64,000 nt of DNA from Dehalococcoidia bacterium (GCA_963663895.2 CAXXRD010000002.1:736001-800000); one strand, 5' to 3'; shown: positions 39,591 to 52,558, numbered from the stretch's first letter. A program made the numbers and translations. Notes: generated by a model from the letters alone, not told the origin.

Positions 39591-40880
39591 TCAGATGGCG
39601 GCGAGCGCCGCGAGCGCCTCTCCGTCTTCGTACGGCCCGACGGCGGCGGCGGCGAGGTTGCCTGGCCTGATGACCCGTTGGGCGACGCGGAGGATGTCGT
39701 CCGCGGTGACGGCGCGCAGCGAGCTCACGACCTCGTCGATCGATCGGATCCGGCCTTCGTGCAGTAAGTCGTCGCCCGTTCGCGAGGCGTGAGCGGTGGC
39801 CGTCTCGAGGCTGAGGCGGTAGGCGCCCACTGTATGCTCGCGCGCCTTCTCGAGCTCCTCGGGCGCCACCGGCTCGCACGCCAACCGTTTCACCTCGGTC
39901 AGAATGATGTCGGTTGCTTCAAGCACGTTCTCTTGCGTGACGCCGGCGCCGATCATCAAGTGTCCGGCGTCGAGGTGCCGCGCCAGCCGCGAGCCGACCG
40001 CGTACGCGAGCCCACGGCGCTCCCGCACTTCCAGGAAGAGGCGGCTGCTCATCCCCGATCCCAAGATGCTGTTCATGAGCGTCAGCGCATAGCGATCGGG
40101 GTCGGTTCGGGGAAAGGTCCGCAAGCCGAACGTGAGGTTGCACTGCTCGATCTCCCGTGTCTCGACGCGGATGCGATCCAGCGACATCCCGTCGCGCGCG
40201 GCTTCGCGCTCGGGGAGAGGCGCGTTGGGAACCTCCCCCCAGGCCTCGGTCGCTAGCGCCGTCGCCGCGGCGACATCCACATTGCCGGCGATCGCAAGGA
40301 CCATGTTCGCGGGCTGGTACCAGGCCGCGATGTGGTCGATGAGGTGCGAACGGTGGACGGAGGCGACGCTTTCGAGGTCGCCGGCGATGTCCCAGCCGAG
40401 CGGCTGGTCGCCGTAGACGGCCTCATCCAGAAGTTGGTCCGCGCGTTGCGCGGGCTCGTCGTGGCTCCGGCGGATCTCCTGCTGGATCACGGTCCGTTCG
40501 CGCTCGATCTCCTCTTCGCTCAGCAGGGAGTGGCGCAACGAGTCCGTGAGGACGTCCATCGCGAGGTCGAGCCGGTCGAAGGGCACGCGGTTCCAGTAAG
40601 TGGTGGCTTCCTTCGTGGTGAAGGCGTTGAGCGTCCCGCCCGCGCCCTCGATCGCGATCGAGATCTCCGCCGCCGTCGGGCGGGACTCCGTGCCCTTGAA
40701 CAGCATGTGCTCGAGATAGTGGGAAAGGCCGAGCGTCTCGCGCCGCTCCGCCCGGCTCCCGACGCCCACCCACAGGGCCAGCGCCGCCGCTTGCGAGTGC
40801 GGCAGCGGCGTGACCACGATGCGGAGTCCGTTGTCGAGCGTGGTGATCGTAGAGGGAGTTTGTTTGACGGCAGCGGGCAT
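39591..40880 (-). CDS. M16 family zinc peptidase
   Basis: GSR.E, HYLEHMLFKGT, NAFT, GSGMSSRLFLEVRERRGLAY. Confidence 0.93.
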   Translation of the reverse strand: MPAAVKQTPSTITTLDNGLRIVVTPLPHSQAAALALWVGVGSRAERRETLGLSHYLEHMLFKGTESRPTAAEISIAIEGAGGTLNAFTTKEATTYWNRVPFDRLDLAMDVLTDSLRHSLLSEEEIERERTVIQQEIRRSHDEPAQRADQLLDEAVYGDQPLGWDIAGDLESVASVHRSHLIDHIAAWYQPANMVLAIAGNVDVAAATALATEAWGEVPNAPLPEREAARDGMSLDRIRVETREIEQCNLTFGLRTFPRTDPDRYALTLMNSILGSGMSSRLFLEVRERRGLAYAVGSRLARHLDAGHLMIGAGVTQENVLEATDIILTEVKRLACEPVAPEELEKAREHTVGAYRLSLETATAHASRTGDDLLHEGRIRSIDEVVSSLRAVTADDILRVAQRVIRPGNLAAAAVGPYEDGEALAALAAI

Positions 40881-41006
40881 CAATGATCCTGAGATTGGGT
40901 ACAGGTAGCGTATCACGGTCGTGGCGCTCCGCTTGCCCCGGGCGATCGCCGCGACGCAGGTAGGGCTTGATACACTGGGCGCGGCGACGGCCGCGAGGAG
41001 GAACGG

Positions 41007-41246
41007 GTGACGATCACGGTGCGGCTAGCGGACACGCTCGTGGAGCTCTCCGCGCGCAAGGAGCCGGAGTTTCAGGTCGATCATCGCGACGGGATGACCG
41101 TCTGGGACCTCATCCTGGAGCAAGGATTCCGCGAGCGCGATGCCGAGGCGATCGCCGCGATCATCAACGACGAGCAAGGCGAGCACGACGATCTGCTGCG
41201 CGACGGTGACACGGTCGAGCTGCTGGTGAGCATCTCCGGCGGATGA
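41007..41246 (+). CDS. MoaD/ThiS ubiquitin-like sulfur carrier protein
   Basis: 79 aa, IIN, L.DGD.VEL...ISGG C-terminal diglycine; GAGGAGG RBS. Confidence 0.85.
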   Translation: MTITVRLADTLVELSARKEPEFQVDHRDGMTVWDLILEQGFRERDAEAIAAIINDEQGEHDDLLRDGDTVELLVSISGG

Positions 41247-41301
41247 GACAGGACCTGCGCGCGGATCACGCGCCGCCGTGCGATAATGCCGCGACCGTTC
41301 A

Positions 41302-41331
41302 TTGACACCCTTTCGCGCGCGTCGATACGAT
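41302..41331 (+). promoter_or_regulatory. Sigma-70-type promoter of pyrG
   Basis: TTGACA-N18-TACGAT. Confidence 0.6.
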
Positions 41332-41394
41332 GCCAGTAGCACAGATGGTCGCATCGCTGTCGGAATGCCCGAGAGCGGCGGCCTAGCGAGGCTG

Positions 41395-43053
41395 ATGCCG
41401 AAGTACATCTTCGTTACGGGTGGGGTGGTCAGTTCTGTCGGTAAAGGCATCACCAGCGCATCCCTCGCGACCCTGCTGAAGAGCCGCGGACACACGGTTA
41501 CCGTTCAAAAGCTCGACCCCTACTTGAACGTCGATCCGGGCACCATGTCGCCGTACCAGCACGGCGAGGTCTTCGTGACCGCTGACGGGGCCGAGACCGA
41601 CCTGGACTTGGGCCACTACGAGCGCTTTCTGGACCAAGATCTCACCGGCGCCTCGTCGCTCACCATGGGCCAAGTGCACCAGGCCGTCATACAGCGGGAG
41701 CGGCGGGGGGATTTCTTGGGCGGCACCATCCAGCAGGTGCCCCACATCACGGATGAAGTCAAAGCGTGCGTGCGCGGACTGGCGGAGCAATCCGGCGTCG
41801 ACCTGCTGATCGTCGAAGTCGGCGGCACTATCGGCGATATCGAAGGGCAAGCTTTCTTGGAGGCGATCCGGCAGATTCGTTCCGAGGGAAACCGCACCGA
41901 CGCCGTGTCGGTGCACGTGACGATGCTGCCCTATCTCCGCGCGACCGGGGAGCTCAAGACCAAGCCCACGCAGCACTCCGTCCGTGAGCTCCGCTCTGCG
42001 GGGATCCAGCCCGATGTCATCATCGCGCGCGCGGAGATGCCGGTCGGCGATCCGATCAAGGCCAAAGTCGCCCTCTTCTGCGATGTCGAGCCACGTGCCG
42101 TGGTGCCCCTTGAGACGGCGCCGAGCATCTACCAAGTGCCGCTGATCCTTGATGATGCCGGTGTCACGGATCTCATCCTGGAGCGCTTGGCGCTTCCGCC
42201 TGCCGACCGAGACTTGCAGCAGTGGCGTGAATGGGTCTCCGCGCTGCGCAATCCAACGGTACACGTCCCAATCGCGATCGTGGGCAAGTATGTCGAGCTG
42301 CCGGACGCCTATCTCTCCGTCAAGGAGGCGCTCATCCACGCGGGCGTGGAGCATGGTGTCGCCATTGATCTCCGCTGGGTCCAGTCCGATCGCCTGGAAG
42401 GCGCTGATGTCGCCGCCGAGCTCGCGGGCGTGTGTGGCCTGCTGGTGCCGGGCGGCTTCGGCGAGCGGGGCAGCGAAGGCGAGGTCGCGGCGGCGCGCTG
42501 GGCGCGCGAATACCGGATCCCGTATCTGGGTCTTTGCCGCGGGATGCAGCAAATGGTCATCGAGTTCGCACGGAACGTGGCCGGGTTGGCCGCCGCCAAC
42601 TCCACCGAGTTCGAGAGGGACGCGGGCGCCCCCGTAATTTCCCTGCTGGAAGAGCAGGAGCACGTGCGAGAGATGGGCGGGACGATGCGGTTGGGTCACT
42701 ACCCGTGCCGCTTGATCGCGGGGACGCGCGCGGCGGCCGCCTACGGGGATGAGTTGGTGCACGAGCGGCATCGCCACCGCTGGGAATTCAACAACGCCTT
42801 CCGCGAATTGCTGGCGGCGGCCGGGCTCGTCGCGAGCGGCGTCGCCCCGGACGATTCCCTCGTCGAGATCGTCGAGCTTGAGGGACACCCCTTCATGCTG
42901 GGATCGCAGTTCCATCCCGAGTTGCGCTCGCGGCCCGGGCATCCCCACCCACTCTTCTCGGCGTTTATCACGGAGGCGCTGGCGGCCTTGCCCTTCGCAT
43001 CATCGCCGGCCGAGGAGCCGCGCGTCGCGGCTTCGGAGGTGGTGGGATCGTAG
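41395..43053 (+). CDS. pyrG: CTP synthase
   Basis: KYIFVTGGVVSS.GKG, DPYLNVDPGTMSPYQHGEVF, KTKPTQHS, PGGFG, GLC.GMQ, ERHRHR, QFHPE. Confidence 0.97.
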   Translation: MPKYIFVTGGVVSSVGKGITSASLATLLKSRGHTVTVQKLDPYLNVDPGTMSPYQHGEVFVTADGAETDLDLGHYERFLDQDLTGASSLTMGQVHQAVIQRERRGDFLGGTIQQVPHITDEVKACVRGLAEQSGVDLLIVEVGGTIGDIEGQAFLEAIRQIRSEGNRTDAVSVHVTMLPYLRATGELKTKPTQHSVRELRSAGIQPDVIIARAEMPVGDPIKAKVALFCDVEPRAVVPLETAPSIYQVPLILDDAGVTDLILERLALPPADRDLQQWREWVSALRNPTVHVPIAIVGKYVELPDAYLSVKEALIHAGVEHGVAIDLRWVQSDRLEGADVAAELAGVCGLLVPGGFGERGSEGEVAAARWAREYRIPYLGLCRGMQQMVIEFARNVAGLAAANSTEFERDAGAPVISLLEEQEHVREMGGTMRLGHYPCRLIAGTRAAAAYGDELVHERHRHRWEFNNAFRELLAAAGLVASGVAPDDSLVEIVELEGHPFMLGSQFHPELRSRPGHPHPLFSAFITEALAALPFASSPAEEPRVAASEVVGS

Positions 43054-43062
43054 GCGGAACGG

Positions 43063-43542
43063 ATGAGTGAGGATGAGGCGCTCCGCCTTGTGCACATGCT
43101 TGCGTTATTCCTGTTTGCCGCTGGCGTCGGCGGCACGCTGCTTCCGCTCTACCGCTCTTGGTCGAGCGGCGACGTGATCGCTCAGGCGCACGCCTTTCAG
43201 TCGGCGGGCCGCAACCAAGTCGGCGTCATGCTGCCGGGATTGATCCTCGTCGGTGTCACCGGGCTCGTGTGGGCGATCCGCTCGGATATCTACGATCCGA
43301 TCGAGACGGGCTGGCTCCTCGCGGTCGAGGGGTTGTACCTGTTCGTGCTCTTCGTCTGCTTTCCGGCGATGAGCGCTGGGTTGCGACGTGCCCGTATCCT
43401 CGCGCTGCAAGCGCTGAAGAGCGGTGAAGTGTCGCCGGAGCTAGAAGAGACGCTGGCGGACCATGCCCCGCTCGTGGTGGGGACCGTCATTGTGTTGATG
43501 AGCGTGCTGGCGGCGGCGCTGGCGATCACGAAGCCGTTCTAG
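43063..43542 (+). CDS. DUF2269-like integral membrane protein
   Basis: LVH.LA, TG, GWL, C-terminal I.KPF; 4 TM helices. Confidence 0.7.
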   Translation: MSEDEALRLVHMLALFLFAAGVGGTLLPLYRSWSSGDVIAQAHAFQSAGRNQVGVMLPGLILVGVTGLVWAIRSDIYDPIETGWLLAVEGLYLFVLFVCFPAMSAGLRRARILALQALKSGEVSPELEETLADHAPLVVGTVIVLMSVLAAALAITKPF

Positions 43543-43569
43543 CGCGAGAGACGCGAAAGGGGATCGACC

Positions 43570-44235
43570 GTGCGCATCTTCCTCGACACCGCCAACTTGG
43601 CGGAGATCCGGACCGCCGTACGCTGGGGCGTATGCGCGGGCGTCACCACCAACCCCACGCTCTATGCCAAAGAGAGCGGGAGTGGGGTCAGCTACCGCGA
43701 GCGCGTGGTCGAGATCGCGGAGATCGTGGGGGGGCATGTCTCGGCGGAGTGCGTCAGTCGCACGGCGGACGACCTCGTGGAGGAGGCGCGTGCGATCGTG
43801 TCGTGGCACCCCAACGTGGTCGTCAAGATCCCTGCCGATGAGGCCGGGATCGAAGCGATCCACCGGGTCAGCAGCGAGGGCATCCGCGTCAATACGACGT
43901 TGATATTCAGCGTGAATCAAGCGCTGCTGGTCGCGAACGCCGGCGCCGCGTTCGTCAGTCCCTTTGTCGGACGTCTGGATGATATCGATCACGATGGCAT
44001 CGACCTGGTTCGCGAAACCGTCGAGCTTCTCGACCGCTACCACCTGCCGACCCAAGTGATCGCCGCCAGCATCCGGGGCCCGCAGCACGTCAGCGCCGCC
44101 GCCGCCGCCGGCGCGCATATTGCAACCGTGCCCTTCAAGGTCCTGCGACAGATGTTGCAGCATCCGCTCACCGACCGCGGCATCGCCGCCTTCCTCGCCG
44201 ATTGGGAGCGGGCACAGACGGCGGTGGGGCGCTAG
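43570..44235 (+). CDS. tal: Transaldolase / fructose-6-phosphate aldolase family
   Basis: IFLDTAN, GVTTNPTL, NVVVKIP, NTTLIFS, SPFVGRLDD, AASIR, HPLTDRG. Confidence 0.9.
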   Translation: MRIFLDTANLAEIRTAVRWGVCAGVTTNPTLYAKESGSGVSYRERVVEIAEIVGGHVSAECVSRTADDLVEEARAIVSWHPNVVVKIPADEAGIEAIHRVSSEGIRVNTTLIFSVNQALLVANAGAAFVSPFVGRLDDIDHDGIDLVRETVELLDRYHLPTQVIAASIRGPQHVSAAAAAGAHIATVPFKVLRQMLQHPLTDRGIAAFLADWERAQTAVGR

Positions 44236-44375
44236 CGCTCCCCGACGTCCGGCGCGGGGCAGCGGCTTGCGCGCCGCGATCGGTGCGATTATGCTAAGCT
44301 CGCTTGAGCAGGCGTGCGCTTAAAGGTTGCGGCGCCACCCCACTTTTGCGGTTCACCCCAACGATGCACCAGTGA

Positions 44376-45674
44376 GTGCAAAGCCAATTGGGCGCAGGAC
44401 CAAGCGCGTTGAACATCACCGAACTCGAATCGAAAACCCGCGACGAGCTTGTTGAGCAGGCCAAAGATGCCGGCGTGACCGGTGCCGCGCGTCTCAAGAA
44501 GCAAGATCTCGTTCTCCGCCTCTTGCAGGCGCAGAGCGCGACCAAAGGCAACCTACTCTCCGGCGGAGTCATCGACATCGTCGACGACGGGTATGGTTTC
44601 CTGCGGGGCGAAGCCCTCCTCCCCGCCGGTACGGACGTGTACGTTTCCCAGTCACAGGTCCGGCGCTTTGCCTTACGCCCCGGCGACTATGTCACCGGGC
44701 AGGTGCGCCCCCCTCGCGATGGCGAAAAATACTACGGCCTCTGGCAGGTGGACCTCGTCAACGGCATGGACCCGGAAGAGGCGAAGCGGCGGCCGCACTT
44801 CGAGAATCAGACCGCCATTTTCCCGAATGAGCAGTTCGTTCTTGAAACGGAAGATCCCGCGAACCTCTCCGGGCGGTTGATCGACCTTGTCGCACCGCTG
44901 GGCCGCGGCCAGCGCGGCCTCATCGTCTCACCGCCCAAGGCGGGCAAGACGATGCTGCTGCAGAGCATCGCCAACGGCGTCACCTCCAACAACGAGACCG
45001 CTCACCTCATCGTGGTCCTGGTCGGGGAGCGTCCCGAGGAGGTCACCGAAATGCGCCGCACCGTGCGGGGCGAGGTCGTCTCCTCGACCTTTGACGACCC
45101 GGTCGAGGACCATACGCGCGTCGCGGAGATGGCGCTTGAGCGCGCGAAGCGCCTGATGGAATGCAGTCGCGACGTGGTGATCCTGTGCGACTCCATCACG
45201 CGGCTGACGCGGGCCTATAACTTGGAGATGCCGACCAGCGGACGCACCCTCACGGGCGGCATGGACCCGATCGCGCTCTATCCGCCCAAGCGCTTTTTCG
45301 GCGCGGCCCGCAAAGCCGAAGAGGGTGGCAGCCTCACGATCATCGCCACCTGCCTCATCGACACCGGCAGCCGCCTCGACGACGTGATCTACGAGGAGTT
45401 CAAAGGCACCGGGAACTGGGAAGTGCACCTCGATCGCAAGCTCTCCGAGCGCCGCGTTTTCCCCGCCATCGACATCGCGCGGAGCGGTACCCGCCGCGAG
45501 GAGCTGCTGCTGCCGTCGGATAAGCTCCAGCGGGTTTGGCTGCTGCGGCGTATGGTGTCGATGCTGAGCAGCGGCAATTCCCAGACCGAGCCCACCGAGC
45601 GCTTGATCGAGCGGCTCAGCCGCACCAAGTCCAACGAAGAGTTCCTCAGCTCCCTCGCCACCGCCGACGCGTAG
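44376..45674 (+). CDS. rho: Transcription termination factor Rho
   Basis: [61 protein letters not shown]; true start may be TTG 44409. Confidence 0.97.
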   Translation: MQSQLGAGPSALNITELESKTRDELVEQAKDAGVTGAARLKKQDLVLRLLQAQSATKGNLLSGGVIDIVDDGYGFLRGEALLPAGTDVYVSQSQVRRFALRPGDYVTGQVRPPRDGEKYYGLWQVDLVNGMDPEEAKRRPHFENQTAIFPNEQFVLETEDPANLSGRLIDLVAPLGRGQRGLIVSPPKAGKTMLLQSIANGVTSNNETAHLIVVLVGERPEEVTEMRRTVRGEVVSSTFDDPVEDHTRVAEMALERAKRLMECSRDVVILCDSITRLTRAYNLEMPTSGRTLTGGMDPIALYPPKRFFGAARKAEEGGSLTIIATCLIDTGSRLDDVIYEEFKGTGNWEVHLDRKLSERRVFPAIDIARSGTRREELLLPSDKLQRVWLLRRMVSMLSSGNSQTEPTERLIERLSRTKSNEEFLSSLATADA

Positions 45675-45711
45675 GCTGTCCGGCAGACCTCCGCATCCTC
45701 CCTCGCAGCGG

Positions 45712-46353
45712 TCAGTCGCCCCGCGGCGACAGCACCTGGACCGTGGTGTGCTCGGGCAGGCCGCTCGCCGTGACGTTGACGTGATTCTCCAGCGTCTCCG
45801 GTTTCTGCGCGCCCATCTCTTTGAGGAACGGCTCGACCGTGTCCAGCAGCTCCGTCTCGGGTCCCGCCTTGTACAACATCGGGATGACCAGCTTCGGCTC
45901 GAGCGTGCTCACGACCTGCGCCGCCGCCGCCGCATCAAGGTGCCCGTGTCCTCCGATCGGCACCAGTGCCACGTCCGCTTGGCCGAGCATCTCCACTTCG
46001 TCCGCTGTCGGCAGCGCGCCCAGGTCGCCGAGGTGGACGACCGCGACCGCGTCGATGGTGATCACGAAGGCGGTGTTGTAGCCGTCGCCGCCTGCACGCT
46101 GGGGCCGGGGAGTGCGGACCCCCGTCACCAAGACTTGCTTGGCCTCATACTCACCCGGGGCATCGAGTTGCAGCGGATCGCCGGCCACGCCCTGCACCCA
46201 GCTGAACTCGGGCGCCGCATTCGACACGGTGACGATCTCCGCGCGCGGGCGGTTGAGACGGAAGCCCGTCGACGATGGGCAAGGGTCCATGACGACGGCG
46301 GCGTCGCGACCGCGGAGCCGGAAAGCGCTGTGGCCGATCCAGGCGATATCCAT
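45712..46353 (-). CDS. MBL-fold metallo-hydrolase-like protein (Lactamase_B_3 type)
   Basis: I.W.GHS.FRL, DP, PGEYE, HLGDLG, VPIGG, PKLVIPM; the SHxHxDH motif is degenerate (SNAAPEF). Confidence 0.8.
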   Translation of the reverse strand: MDIAWIGHSAFRLRGRDAAVVMDPCPSSTGFRLNRPRAEIVTVSNAAPEFSWVQGVAGDPLQLDAPGEYEAKQVLVTGVRTPRPQRAGGDGYNTAFVITIDAVAVVHLGDLGALPTADEVEMLGQADVALVPIGGHGHLDAAAAAQVVSTLEPKLVIPMLYKAGPETELLDTVEPFLKEMGAQKPETLENHVNVTASGLPEHTTVQVLSPRGD

Positions 46354-46378
46354 GACGCTATTGTTGAAGCCTCGCGGC

Positions 46379-47611
46379 CTAGGCTCCAGCGCTGGCGTCG
46401 GTTTCGGCCCTGGCGAGGATGACGGCCGCGTTCTGGCCCAGCGTGCCGTAGGCGCACACCGCGGCTCCCCCGAGATGATCCCGTTGGGGTGTCCGGGCAA
46501 AGTCGAGCTCGCAGGCCTCGTCGGGCTGCTCGAAGCTGGCATGCGGCGGTACGACCTGCTCTGCTAAGCCGAAGACTGCCGCGGCGGCGGCCAGCGCGCC
46601 GCTCGCGCCGACCGTGAAACCCACGACCGGCGTCACCGTCGTCACGTATGTATCGAGGATCCGGGCGCCGAGAGAGCGCTCCAGGATGTCCGTCTCGCGC
46701 GCGTCGCCGGCCAGCGTTCCTGCGCCGGCTGCGTAGACGACATCGATCTGATGCGGGCTGATCGCCGCCTGCCGGATCGCTGTGCCCAGCGCTCGCCGTC
46801 CGATGTCGACATCGGTAGGGGCGCAGCCGTCGCCCGGCGGGCCAGATGTCTGGCCGAAGCCGATCACTTCGGCGTAGATGCGGGCGCCGCGCGCTAGGGC
46901 GACGTCCCGGTTCTCCAGCACGAGAGCGGCCGCGCCTTCGCCGAGGACCAGTCCGTCGCGCAGGAGGTCGAAGGGACGCAGGGCGTTTGGCTCCGACTGG
47001 CGGCTGAGCAGCCCGGCCGCCTCGTACGCGGACCAGATCCGGCGGCTGAGCGGCGCCTCGGCCCCGCCGGCCACCGCGATCTGGACCGTGCCGCTCTGGA
47101 TGAGCGCCGTCGCCTCGCCGATCGCGATGAGCCCCGAGGCGGCGTCGGCGCGAATCGTGGCGGATGGCCCGCTGATATGGAGGCCGATGGTCACCCCGGC
47201 CAACCCGTCGCTGAAGAAGCGACGGGCGTCTACGCCGTCCGCGCTGTCGAATTCATCCGCGTGCGCCGTCCCGATCAGCGCACCGATGTACGGCGCTTGT
47301 TCGGGCCCCAGCTCCAGCCGGGAATCGCCGATCGCCTGCATGGAAGCGTCCAGCGCGAAGCAAGCGCTGCGGCTGAGGCGGCGCAGCACGGCGTCGGGCA
47401 CGCCACTGGGTCCGCGGTAGTCTGCCAGCTGTGCGACCACGGCGGGCCGGCCCGGATCGAAGGCCGTGAGCGGGGAGGGAGCGAGCCGTTCCTGGAGAAG
47501 CGCGCTCCATAGATCCGGCGCCCTGGGTCCGGCGGCGCTGACGGCGCCCACGCCGGTCACCACCACCCGAACCGGCTCGATTCGTCCTGCTGCTGGACCA
47601 CCGCTCGTCAT
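46379..47611 (-). CDS. Beta-ketoacyl synthase (FabF-like) homolog lacking catalytic residues
   Basis: RVVVTGVGAVS, AGGAEAP, RPFD..RDG.VLGEGA..LVLE, RGARIYAE..G.G; triad positions substituted. Confidence 0.85.
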   Translation of the reverse strand: MTSGGPAAGRIEPVRVVVTGVGAVSAAGPRAPDLWSALLQERLAPSPLTAFDPGRPAVVAQLADYRGPSGVPDAVLRRLSRSACFALDASMQAIGDSRLELGPEQAPYIGALIGTAHADEFDSADGVDARRFFSDGLAGVTIGLHISGPSATIRADAASGLIAIGEATALIQSGTVQIAVAGGAEAPLSRRIWSAYEAAGLLSRQSEPNALRPFDLLRDGLVLGEGAAALVLENRDVALARGARIYAEVIGFGQTSGPPGDGCAPTDVDIGRRALGTAIRQAAISPHQIDVVYAAGAGTLAGDARETDILERSLGARILDTYVTTVTPVVGFTVGASGALAAAAAVFGLAEQVVPPHASFEQPDEACELDFARTPQRDHLGGAAVCAYGTLGQNAAVILARAETDASAGA

Positions 47612-47628
47612 GGGGACACGCTCGTTTC

Positions 47629-47657
47629 TTGACCACCAGATAGGCGAGTGATAGGCT
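47629..47657 (+). promoter_or_regulatory. Sigma-70-type promoter of the hrcA-dnaK operon
   Basis: TTGACC-N17-TAGGCT. Confidence 0.7.
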
Positions 47658-47666
47658 CATCCTCCC

Positions 47667-47693
47667 TTGGCACTCTCAGTATGAGAGTGCCAA
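47667..47693. promoter_or_regulatory. CIRCE element (HrcA operator)
   Basis: TTGGCACTC-N9-GAGTGCCAA, matching TTAGCACTC-N9-GAGTGCTAA, immediately upstream of hrcA. Confidence 0.93.
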
Positions 47694-47716
47694 ACGGTGA
47701 GAAGGATTGTCGCGGC

Positions 47717-48736
47717 ATGGAAGCTGTCACCGATCGCCGTGCCGGAATCCTTCGGCTCGTCGTCCGCGAGTACGTCGACACGGCAACGCCGGTCGGCTCC
47801 AAGACCATCCGCGAGAAGTATGAACTCTCCGCTTCGGCGGCCACGATTCGCAGCGAGATGCAGGCGCTCGAGTCCGACGGATTCCTCACCCATCCCTACA
47901 CTTCCGCGGGCCGCATCCCCTCCGACCTCGGCTACCGCTCCTACGTCGAGTCGCTGATGGGACCGGTCGAGTTGGCGGCGGAAGAGAAGGCGACGATTCG
48001 TCACCAGTTTTACCAGGCCGCCCCGGAACTCGATGAGTGGGCCAAGCTGGCGGCCGTGCTTCTGGCTCGATCATTGGGTCTGGTGGCGATTGTAACCCCT
48101 CCCCGATCCGACGACCTGCGGGTGCGCCGCGTGGAACTCGTTTCACTCAAGGACCTGCTCGCGCTTCTGATCGTGGTGTTGCGTGAAGCCCGCGTTCTCA
48201 AGCAACTCGTACCGCTCGAATCTCCGGCCGATCAGAGCCAGCTCAACAGCGCGGGCAACCATCTCAACGCACGCCTCGTTGGCAAGAGCCTCCGCGAGAT
48301 CCGCCGCCACTCACCAGCCGAAGGGCTCGAGGGTGGGATCGAGCGGTCGATAGCGCAGCTGCTTGAGATCGAATCGCAGCGGGAGATGGGTGCGTATATC
48401 GAAGGCTTGAGCGGCGTCCTGGAGCAGCCGGAGTTTCAGCAAAACCGCGATGATTTCATTGATGTGATTCGCTTGATCGACGCACGTTCGGTGGATCAGC
48501 TCATGCCCCCGGCGACGCTTGAGAACAGCGGCGTCAGCGTCGTGATCGGCGAGGAGCATCCGATCCGGGCGATGCAGCACTGCTCGGTCGTCATGACGCC
48601 CTACTCGGCGCGCTCCGGGATCTCGGGTTTCGTCGGGGTGTTGGGCCCGACACGCCTGCAGTACGGGCGCGCCGTGGCGCGCGTGCGCTACTTCAGCAGC
48701 CTGCTCGACGAACTGATGCTCGAGATCTACGGATAA
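47717..48736 (+). CDS. hrcA: Heat-inducible transcription repressor HrcA
   Basis: PVGSK, SAATIR.EM, HPYTSAGRIPSD.GYR.YV, IRHQF, IGEE, GVLGPTR. Confidence 0.95.
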   Translation: MEAVTDRRAGILRLVVREYVDTATPVGSKTIREKYELSASAATIRSEMQALESDGFLTHPYTSAGRIPSDLGYRSYVESLMGPVELAAEEKATIRHQFYQAAPELDEWAKLAAVLLARSLGLVAIVTPPRSDDLRVRRVELVSLKDLLALLIVVLREARVLKQLVPLESPADQSQLNSAGNHLNARLVGKSLREIRRHSPAEGLEGGIERSIAQLLEIESQREMGAYIEGLSGVLEQPEFQQNRDDFIDVIRLIDARSVDQLMPPATLENSGVSVVIGEEHPIRAMQHCSVVMTPYSARSGISGFVGVLGPTRLQYGRAVARVRYFSSLLDELMLEIYG

Positions 48737-48749
48737 CGGGCCATGTCTG

Positions 48750-51351
<2,602 letters not shown>

Positions 51352-51451
51352 CTTCGGCAGCTTCGCGCGACGCGTCCGGTCGCTGTGGGCTCGCAAGGGT
51401 AGACTAGGGCATTAGCCCAAGCGGGAAGCGGGTTCCGCAGACGGGAGACCT

Positions 51452-52558
51452 ATGGCGACGGTACCCAAGCGCGACTTTTACGAGATCCTGGGCGTGCCGC
51501 GCGATTGCAGCAACGAGCAGCTCAAGAGCGCCTTCCGCAAGCTCGCTATGGAGTACCACCCGGACCGCAATCCCGATCCGGCGGCGGCGGAACGCTTCAA
51601 GGAGATCGGCGCAGCCTATGAGGTGCTCTCCGACCCGGAGAAGCGCCGCAGATACGACCGCTTCGGCAGCGCCGAATTCAGCGCGGGCTTCGAGGGCTTC
51701 GACTTCGGGGGCTTCGGCGACATCTTCGACGCCTTCTTCGGCGGGCGCCGTGCCGACGGTCCCGTCCGGGGTGTCGATCTGCAGGTGCAGCTCGAGCTCG
51801 ACTTTGCGGAGGCGGTCTTCGGCGCGCAGAAGGAGCTCGCCATCAGCCGCCAGGAGACGTGCACCGCCTGTCGCGGCGACGGGGCGGAACCCGGCACCGA
51901 TCGAATCGCTTGCCCGCAGTGCGGCGGCGCCGGCGAGATTCGGCGGGCCCAACGCAGCGTCTTCGGTCAGTTCGTCAACGTGGCGACTTGCGACCGCTGC
52001 GAGGGTCTCGGATCGATCGTCTCACGCCCGTGCCGGACTTGTGGCGGCGTCGGGCGCGAGCAACGGAATCGCCGGATCAAGGTCAAAGTTCCCGCTGGCA
52101 TCGCCGACGGCGCGCGCCTCCGCTTCGCTGAAGAAGGCGGAGCCGGTAGCCGCGGCGGTACGCCCGGCCATCTCTACGTCGATCTCCGCGTGCGCCCGCA
52201 CCCCGTGTTCGCTCGGGAAGGCGACGACCTCGTGCTCGATCTGCCGCTCAGCCTGGCGCAGGCGGCGCTCGGAGCCGAGATCGAGGTCCCCACGCTCGAT
52301 GGCGACAGCGTGCCGCTGCAGGTTCGCTCCGGGACGCAGCACGGACAGGCCTTCCGTTTGCGTGGGCATGGCGTCCCGCGCGCTCGCGCCCGCGCCCGTG
52401 GCGACCTCGTCGTGCGCGCGCAGCTCCACGTTCCGACAAAGCTCACCGAGGAACAGCGCGCGCTCTTCGAACGTCTGGATGAGACACTCGGGTCGCCGAC
52501 GAAGGACGGGCACGAAACCGGCTTCTTCTCGCGCATCCGCGATGCCTTCAGCGCCTGA
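51452..52558 (+). CDS. dnaJ: Chaperone DnaJ
   Basis: J-domain HPD, G/F region, four CxxCxGxG zinc-finger repeats. Confidence 0.96.
   Translation: MATVPKRDFYEILGVPRDCSNEQLKSAFRKLAMEYHPDRNPDPAAAERFKEIGAAYEVLSDPEKRRRYDRFGSAEFSAGFEGFDFGGFGDIFDAFFGGRRADGPVRGVDLQVQLELDFAEAVFGAQKELAISRQETCTACRGDGAEPGTDRIACPQCGGAGEIRRAQRSVFGQFVNVATCDRCEGLGSIVSRPCRTCGGVGREQRNRRIKVKVPAGIADGARLRFAEEGGAGSRGGTPGHLYVDLRVRPHPVFAREGDDLVLDLPLSLAQAALGAEIEVPTLDGDSVPLQVRSGTQHGQAFRLRGHGVPRARARARGDLVVRAQLHVPTKLTEEQRALFERLDETLGSPTKDGHETGFFSRIRDAFSA

Noticed and set aside
51618-52541. Apparent 300-aa N-terminal extension of PrmA overlapping dnaJ
   Set aside because: Alternative frame of dnaJ; PrmA-like sequence begins at ATG 52542
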